A DNA stretch of 64,000 bases from Spirochaetota bacterium (GTDB lineage: Bacteria; Spirochaetota; UBA4802; UBA5550). The notes beneath the pieces were generated by a model. The model searched no databases. It saw nothing but the letters and a program-made list of their open reading frames with translations, and was not told the DNA's origin. Of the stretch, positions 58,378 to 64,000 are shown piece after piece. Every line of letters begins with the position of its first letter. Within the stretch, counting starts at the first letter, position 1. The stretch spans positions 256,001 to 320,000 of the forward strand of contig CAXXHB010000003.1 in the NCBI GenBank assembly GCA_963664815.2, in the 5' to 3' direction. The position numbers were made by a program, and so were the translations under genes.

Positions 58378-60597
58378 TTAAAACATAAATCCTATATTAA
58401 AATGATAATATATTTTATGATTACTGCCACGGGAGACGCTGACCTGAACAGGTCCGAGAATGCTCAGGTATCCGGTTGTTATTCCGTACCCGTACACTGT
58501 GTTTATATTGCCGGCAAGAACATCTTTCGTTGAGTCTTTTATCCGGGCAACGTTAACTTTTGGAGTGAGATAAAAATTTTTGAATAATTCACATTGTAAG
58601 CCTGTACCGGCGGCATGTATATTTGTACCGGTAGCTTCCATGTAACCGAGGCCTATGAAAGGAAATACAATGTTTTTAACATTGTTCAATCCGCCAATGG
58701 CAAAGTAGTATACCGGTGGTATATCCTCTCCATCTGTCATTCCAAAGAAATGCGTCAATAAAAATGTCAGCCTGGAAAAGACTGGTATGTATATCTCCGT
58801 GTTAAGAAAATAGCGCTGAATGGACGCATCCCCGGTTTCATTTAAAGATAACATGTCGCTTATATGCATGGCCTCGCCATTGAACATTATGCCGGATCTT
58901 GGAAAAAATGCACGATCAATCGTATCAAGATGGAGGAAAAGATAAGGGTTCAGATAGTCTAGGGTACTCTCCGAATATTTTTCCATGGTTATGACATTAT
59001 CAATCCGCATAAATTCTTTTTTAAAACCGAGCCCAAAGTAGAGATTGTGATAGAGGAGCATGTACAAAAATGTATCAAGACCATATGTTCTGAATTCATA
59101 TTCGCCCGATATATCGTTATTAAGATATGAATACACATCAATTCTTTCGTACCAGAGTTTTGCGCCGTAACCAGCTCCAATCGGCCACCCTGTACCTGAA
59201 AGATAAGATGAACGGAAAGCGGGGTTATCTCCAAGTATTGCTTCAAAATCAACGCGGGAACCTTCCCCTGCCACATTTTTAAATTCAGTATTTATAAGAA
59301 TTGCCGCTTTAAGATCGCTGTCATAGCGTAATCCTGCATTTAAAAAATCAACAGCAGTTTCCTCAACCTGTATTATAAGAATATTGTTTTCTTCCTCCCT
59401 GTCTAACCTGTAGGTAACGCTTTTAAAAAATTTGCTCCCCATTGTCCTGGCGATTGCTTTTTCAATATCGTCTGTTGTGATATATGAAGGGATTTTTATC
59501 TGCAGGTTGTTGTCAAGTAACTGGCGGGATACTTTTTTAAGCCCCTCAACTTTAAGTCTGCTGATATATATCTTTTTGATATGTTCATTATCCGGGACGT
59601 TATCCGTCAGATTTTTTTTTACTGGTTCGCTAAATCGGTTCTGACTGTCTGCCAGTAATGTCAGCTCTTTACTATGAAACAAAGCCGCTTTTTCGCCTTT
59701 AGCGATTAATTCAGCAGTTTTATTGAAGTCAGAAGAACTGAATTCATCCAGTTCGGGAGTTATCAGGATATTACAGAGGTTCCGCTGTTTAGCAGTAGAC
59801 TCGGAACCTCGGAAGCTTGTTATCTGGTCGATTATTCCGGGTATTGTTAGCGTCTCGCCTTTCTTATGGAGAGGTGTGCCTACGTCGACACCTATGATAA
59901 CATCAGCTCCCATATCTCTTGCTACAGAAACCGGGAAGTTAAGAATAAGTCCTCCATCTACTAGCAGGCGGCCGTCAATATTAACAGGGGTGAATATTGA
60001 TGGTATTGCCATGCTGGCCCGGAGTGCCGTGGGGAGGTGGCCCTGGTTAAGTATTACCGCTTCCCCGGTATATATGTCGGTTGCAATACAGGCAAAGGGT
60101 ATAGGCAGCGAGTTAAAATCTTTTGTTGACTGAACATTTAGCAGAAGTCTGTTCAGAAACGCATGAAGTCTGACTCCTTCGATTATTCCGGTGATTTCAG
60201 GAGATCCGCTCTTGTTAAACGGAAGCGATATAATGAACCTTCCATCGTTCTGTTTTTCATTGTAGGATAAATCCCTTCTGCTGTTCCTGTCATCCAGATA
60301 TTTTTCCCAGTCAATTGACAGAGCAGTTTTTTCCAGCGCTGCGGCGTTGTAGCCGCTTGAATAAAGTCCTCCCACAAGGCTCCCCATGCTTGTACCAACC
60401 ACATAATCAGCACGAATTCCATATTGTTCCAGCACCTTTATTACACCTATATGAGCAAGCCCACGCGCTCCGCCGCCGCTGAGGACAAGACCTATTCTGG
60501 GACGTCTTATTTCTTTTTTCTCAGCATTGATATCGCTGGAAATGGACATAGTTAAGCAGACCAATATCACTATTGTTAATATATTTGTATGCCGCAT
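58378..60597 (-). CDS. Patatin-like phospholipase with POTRA and Omp85-like barrel (PlpD-type)
   Basis: Signal peptide; LSGGGARG, GTSMG, VDGG; POTRA-like VEGLKKVS; barrel ending in FNIGFMF. Confidence 0.92.
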   Translation of the reverse strand: MRHTNILTIVILVCLTMSISSDINAEKKEIRRPRIGLVLSGGGARGLAHIGVIKVLEQYGIRADYVVGTSMGSLVGGLYSSGYNAAALEKTALSIDWEKYLDDRNSRRDLSYNEKQNDGRFIISLPFNKSGSPEITGIIEGVRLHAFLNRLLLNVQSTKDFNSLPIPFACIATDIYTGEAVILNQGHLPTALRASMAIPSIFTPVNIDGRLLVDGGLILNFPVSVARDMGADVIIGVDVGTPLHKKGETLTIPGIIDQITSFRGSESTAKQRNLCNILITPELDEFSSSDFNKTAELIAKGEKAALFHSKELTLLADSQNRFSEPVKKNLTDNVPDNEHIKKIYISRLKVEGLKKVSRQLLDNNLQIKIPSYITTDDIEKAIARTMGSKFFKSVTYRLDREEENNILIIQVEETAVDFLNAGLRYDSDLKAAILINTEFKNVAGEGSRVDFEAILGDNPAFRSSYLSGTGWPIGAGYGAKLWYERIDVYSYLNNDISGEYEFRTYGLDTFLYMLLYHNLYFGLGFKKEFMRIDNVITMEKYSESTLDYLNPYLFLHLDTIDRAFFPRSGIMFNGEAMHISDMLSLNETGDASIQRYFLNTEIYIPVFSRLTFLLTHFFGMTDGEDIPPVYYFAIGGLNNVKNIVFPFIGLGYMEATGTNIHAAGTGLQCELFKNFYLTPKVNVARIKDSTKDVLAGNINTVYGYGITTGYLSILGPVQVSVSRGSNHKIYYHFNIGFMF

Positions 60598-60902
60598 AAT
60601 TTTAATTCTCTATGTTCAGAACTGTTCTTTCATGATTAAGGTAAAGTTTGTTGAATATAGTTAATTATCCAGTCTATAAAGATTAAATAGTTGAATTAAT
60701 CCGGCTGTCAAGAATGAATTCCGCGATTTATTTTATAATAGTAAAAACCTTGTTATTTAAATAATTATAAATTTTTATGGTTAATTCCCGGAGGAGCTGT
60801 TCTCCGGTGTTTTCAGGGGAAAATTATAAACAGAAAAAATTTGTATTTTCAAAACAATTGTAATTTATAAAGATGATTTTATTTTTTAAAGGATGTATTA
60901 TC

Positions 60903-61634
60903 ATGATTCAACAGATATTATTTATCTCCTCACTATCTATATTTGACAGTCTTTCAACGACTCAGCAGATTATTGTTTTTATTCTTTTACTGACAACAGA
61001 AAAGCCTGTCAGGAATTCTCTGTTCTATCTTGCAGGACTCTCCGGATCTTATTTTCTGTTTGGTCTGGCAGGGTATGCAGCACTTGATCAGTTAAATATT
61101 TTTTTACAGAAGATTATTCCTTCCGGCAGCAATGTTCCGGACTCTGTTTATTATAAAAGTGAGGTTTTCACAGGAGTGCTTTTTGTCGTTATTGGATTTA
61201 TTTATTATATAAAAAAGAAGAATTCGACTAAGCCTCCAGTAAATAATATTATAATCAAATGGTTGAAAAATATGAATCCGCTTTTTGCATTGGCAGTTGG
61301 TGTTTTTGTTTCACTGACCTGTTTCCCTTTTTCTCTTCCTTACATTGCTGCTCTTGGAAAATTTGCCTGGCTTAAACTCAGTTTTCCGGCAGCATCACTC
61401 TGTATTCTGTTTTATAATATAGGCTATGCTCTGCCTATGATTATCATATTTTTTATATACCTGCATGCCAGGCGTGGTACGGATGAGATTCATGATAAAC
61501 TGCAGATCAGAGCTAAAAGGCTTAATCTTAAACTGACAACCTGGATGTTTGTGGGGATAGGTTTTCTTTCTATCATAGATTCTCTTTTCTTTTTCATTAC
61601 CGGTCATGCATTACTCAAAGGACGATATTTTTAA
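60903..61634 (+). CDS. GAP/Sap-family 6-TM membrane protein
   Basis: SIFDSLS, LLLT, SLPYIAAL, LFYN...LP pattern. Confidence 0.7.
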   Translation: MIQQILFISSLSIFDSLSTTQQIIVFILLLTTEKPVRNSLFYLAGLSGSYFLFGLAGYAALDQLNIFLQKIIPSGSNVPDSVYYKSEVFTGVLFVVIGFIYYIKKKNSTKPPVNNIIIKWLKNMNPLFALAVGVFVSLTCFPFSLPYIAALGKFAWLKLSFPAASLCILFYNIGYALPMIIIFFIYLHARRGTDEIHDKLQIRAKRLNLKLTTWMFVGIGFLSIIDSLFFFITGHALLKGRYF

Positions 61635-62026
61635 AAACATATTCCTGTCCAGCTCTATGAAGCATTAACTTACAACTTCACCTTTTTTCAGGTAATATCG
61701 CCATTAATTGAAAATAGTCACTATATCCACCTATCAAATAATTATCATTATACTGTTTCTTTATAATTACAGGTTTATATAGTCATAAAAACCACTTTGT
61801 CACAGAAATTATGTATCAGGAAGGCATAATATCTTACAAGGTGTTTAATATAAGTTTTACTCTTATATTAACAGTTTTAATTTTATAAAAAAATACAGTT
61901 TATTCTAAAATATCTAAAAAAAATTATTTACTTAAATGGTCTGATCCTGTATACTAAAACGTCTGGACGGGTTTTTTCAGATGAACAAATATGTATACTT
62001 ACCACACCTTAAGGAAGGAGGAAGTA

Positions 62027-63139
62027 ATGGGAAAATTTAATTACAACAAAGAAGTGCTCGCGAACCTTCGTGTCGACGAGAAGGAAACCCATCTTCTCGA
62101 TAAACTCATAGATTATGAGTCTGCACGTGACGCGCATGCAAAAAAAAATCACGCAGCGGTTGATAAGAGGATGTCTCTCGCGGAAGCAATCAAGACTTAT
62201 GTCAAGGATGGTGATATTCTTGCTGATGTAGGCTTCAGCTATGTAAGAACTCCAATAACAGCCTATTTTGAAATTATTAGACAGGGGATTAAGGGACTTC
62301 AGAACATTGGTTCCCCCGCCACAAGTCAGAGTTACATGATCCCTTTCGGAACTGTAACACATACCCACTGGTCATACTGCGGAGCGGAAATGCGCGGTAC
62401 TGACAGGAACATGTCAAGATGCGTAAAAGAGGGAAAAACCAAGGTTCTTTCTGAATGGAGCCATGGAACAATGGCTCTCGGATTTAAAGCGGCACAGTTG
62501 GGTATTCCGGGGGTTTATTCAAAATCTTTTCTTGGTTCTGATATGGTTAAATACAACCCTTTTGTAAAGGTTGTTGATAATCCTATGAAGGCTGAAAAGG
62601 ATCCATGCGTATTTATCCCCGCGCTATATCCGGATGTTGCGATTATTCATGTTCACCAGGCTGATAAATTCGGGAATGCCCGTATTTACGGACCACTTGT
62701 CAATGATGCTGCAATAGCCGGGGCGGCAAGAAAAGTAATCATCACGGCTGAAGAGATAGTGCCGCCATCTGCTTTCAGAAATGACAACAAGAATGTGGTT
62801 ATACCATTCGTTTATGTGGATGCTGTAGTTGAGCTTCCATATGGCGCGCTGATGGGTTCAATGCCCGGACTGTACTACTGGCCAAGAAGATTGTGGGAAA
62901 AAGCGATGAGGTACTGGACATATACACCCGGAGCTATGGATGATTTCTATAAAACCGTTATCATGGGATGCAAAGATCAGTATGATTTGATTGATAAAAT
63001 TCTTGGCGGTTCCAAATGGATGATGAGTGCGAAGAGACTGACAAAAGCCGCCGAATATGACAACGAGGATGATGGTGTTGATTTCAACTACAAAGAGTGG
63101 ACCAGAGACGATCCGAACCCGGACGATCTGACAACCTAG
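62027..63139 (+). CDS. CoA-transferase subunit A (glutaconate CoA-transferase-like)
   Basis: KRMSLAEAI..YVKDGD, EIIRQG, EWSH, PALYPDVAIIHVHQAD.FGNA, AARKVIITAEEIV; AAGGAGG SD. Confidence 0.9.
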   Translation: MGKFNYNKEVLANLRVDEKETHLLDKLIDYESARDAHAKKNHAAVDKRMSLAEAIKTYVKDGDILADVGFSYVRTPITAYFEIIRQGIKGLQNIGSPATSQSYMIPFGTVTHTHWSYCGAEMRGTDRNMSRCVKEGKTKVLSEWSHGTMALGFKAAQLGIPGVYSKSFLGSDMVKYNPFVKVVDNPMKAEKDPCVFIPALYPDVAIIHVHQADKFGNARIYGPLVNDAAIAGAARKVIITAEEIVPPSAFRNDNKNVVIPFVYVDAVVELPYGALMGSMPGLYYWPRRLWEKAMRYWTYTPGAMDDFYKTVIMGCKDQYDLIDKILGGSKWMMSAKRLTKAAEYDNEDDGVDFNYKEWTRDDPNPDDLTT

Positions 63140-63179
63140 CAGTGCAAAATCAAACTATCGTTAATAACAGGAGGATAAA

Positions 63180-63965
63180 ATGACAGACAACAAACCAGCA
63201 AATCCATTAGAAATGATCGCCTTTGTCCTTTCCCAGGAAATAAAGGATGGCGAAGTAGTATATATAGGTACAGGTCTCCCGATGGTTGCGGGAATTCTTG
63301 CAAAGAAAACACATGCTCCGAACATTACCCTTGTATATGAATCAGGCGCGCAGAACCCTATGCAGGGAGATATGCCCTGGTCGGTGGGGGGGCCTTTCAC
63401 CTGGAGAAAATCGCCTCTGATTCTTGAGATGTCCTACTCTTTCGGTCAGCTTTATAACGGTTACGTAGACAAAGCGTTTTTAGGATATGCCCAGATTGAC
63501 ATGTATGGTAATGTCAACACTCACATGATAGGCGGGGATTTCCATAATTATAAAAACAGGCTTACGGGGTCGGGAGGAAACAACGATCTGTCATCTCTGG
63601 CAAGCCATCTTATACTTGTGGGACTGCAGTCTCCCGATAAGTTTGTGAAAAAACTTGATTTTATGACATCTCCCGGATTTTTAAGCGGTGGAAACAGCCG
63701 TAAAGAAGCGGGACTGGTCGGCGGTGGTCCACAAACCGTTATTACATCGGCGGGAACCTACTCATTTGACGAAGAAACAAAGAAAATGAAGATAAGAACG
63801 CTTCATCCCGGAGTATCGCCCGAGCTGGCACAGCTTGCAAGCGGTTTTGAGCTTCTCAGACCCCAGGGAGATATCCCTGTAACTAATCTTCCGACAAAGG
63901 AAATAATTGAAATTCTAAGGAAAGAAGTCGACCCGCGCGGTGTCTTTACATCAATGCCGAGTTAG
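63180..63965 (+). CDS. CoA-transferase subunit B (glutaconate CoA-transferase-like)
   Basis: IGTGLP, HAPNITLVYESG (catalytic Glu), AQIDMYGNVN, GSGGNND, TSPG, VDPRG. Confidence 0.9.
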   Translation: MTDNKPANPLEMIAFVLSQEIKDGEVVYIGTGLPMVAGILAKKTHAPNITLVYESGAQNPMQGDMPWSVGGPFTWRKSPLILEMSYSFGQLYNGYVDKAFLGYAQIDMYGNVNTHMIGGDFHNYKNRLTGSGGNNDLSSLASHLILVGLQSPDKFVKKLDFMTSPGFLSGGNSRKEAGLVGGGPQTVITSAGTYSFDEETKKMKIRTLHPGVSPELAQLASGFELLRPQGDIPVTNLPTKEIIEILRKEVDPRGVFTSMPS

Positions 63966-64000
63966 TACCCTGCATCTTTCAGTCCGAAGAAAGCCCGGAA

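Noticed and set aside
33-60808. CTCCGG/CCGGAG-armed hairpins at about 33-51, 14231-14280 and 60788-60807 as a REP-like family
   Set aside because: Loops and lengths are unrelated and CCGG is common throughout the window; no consistent repeat unit.
1-64000. CRISPR arrays, tRNA/rRNA genes, IS elements, prophage, selenocysteine or other stop-codon recoding
   Set aside because: No regularly spaced repeats, cloverleaf or rRNA signatures, transposase, integrase or phage genes seen; recognised genes are full length under the standard code. This was read by eye, so very short or degenerate elements could be missed.

Overview
AT-rich chromosomal window with about 50 protein-coding genes. It most likely comes from a diderm, motile spirochaete of the Leptospirae-related type; this is inferred from a DUF1577/PilZ protein, TonB and Omp85 outer-membrane proteins and several chemoreceptors, and an anaerobic lifestyle is plausible. 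I see no rRNA, tRNA, CRISPR array, transposase, integrase or prophage. Recognisable content: class II ribonucleotide reductase (nrdJ), SahR-type regulator plus ahcY, three MCP chemoreceptors plus a truncated MCP duplicate, partner-switching and c-di-GMP signalling genes, lipid-handling enzymes, sdaA, a DUF134/NifX pair, a Zur-znuACB operon, a cobalamin riboswitch with a btuB-like receptor, a PlpD-type patatin and a two-subunit CoA-transferase. The best leads are: (1) a TPR protein plus lipoprotein pair resembling the lbcA-lolB arrangement; (2) a PH-like/TerB-like/SpoVK-AAA fusion; (3) a minimal B12 riboswitch whose expression platform gates a short uORF; (4) several clear operator palindromes (SahR, DUF134, Zur, TetR-like and an orphan 30-bp one); (5) unannotated small Cys-rich proteins; (6) a degenerate HD-GYP protein. 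All family calls come from motif recognition by eye, not database searches, and no single new multi-gene system is proven.
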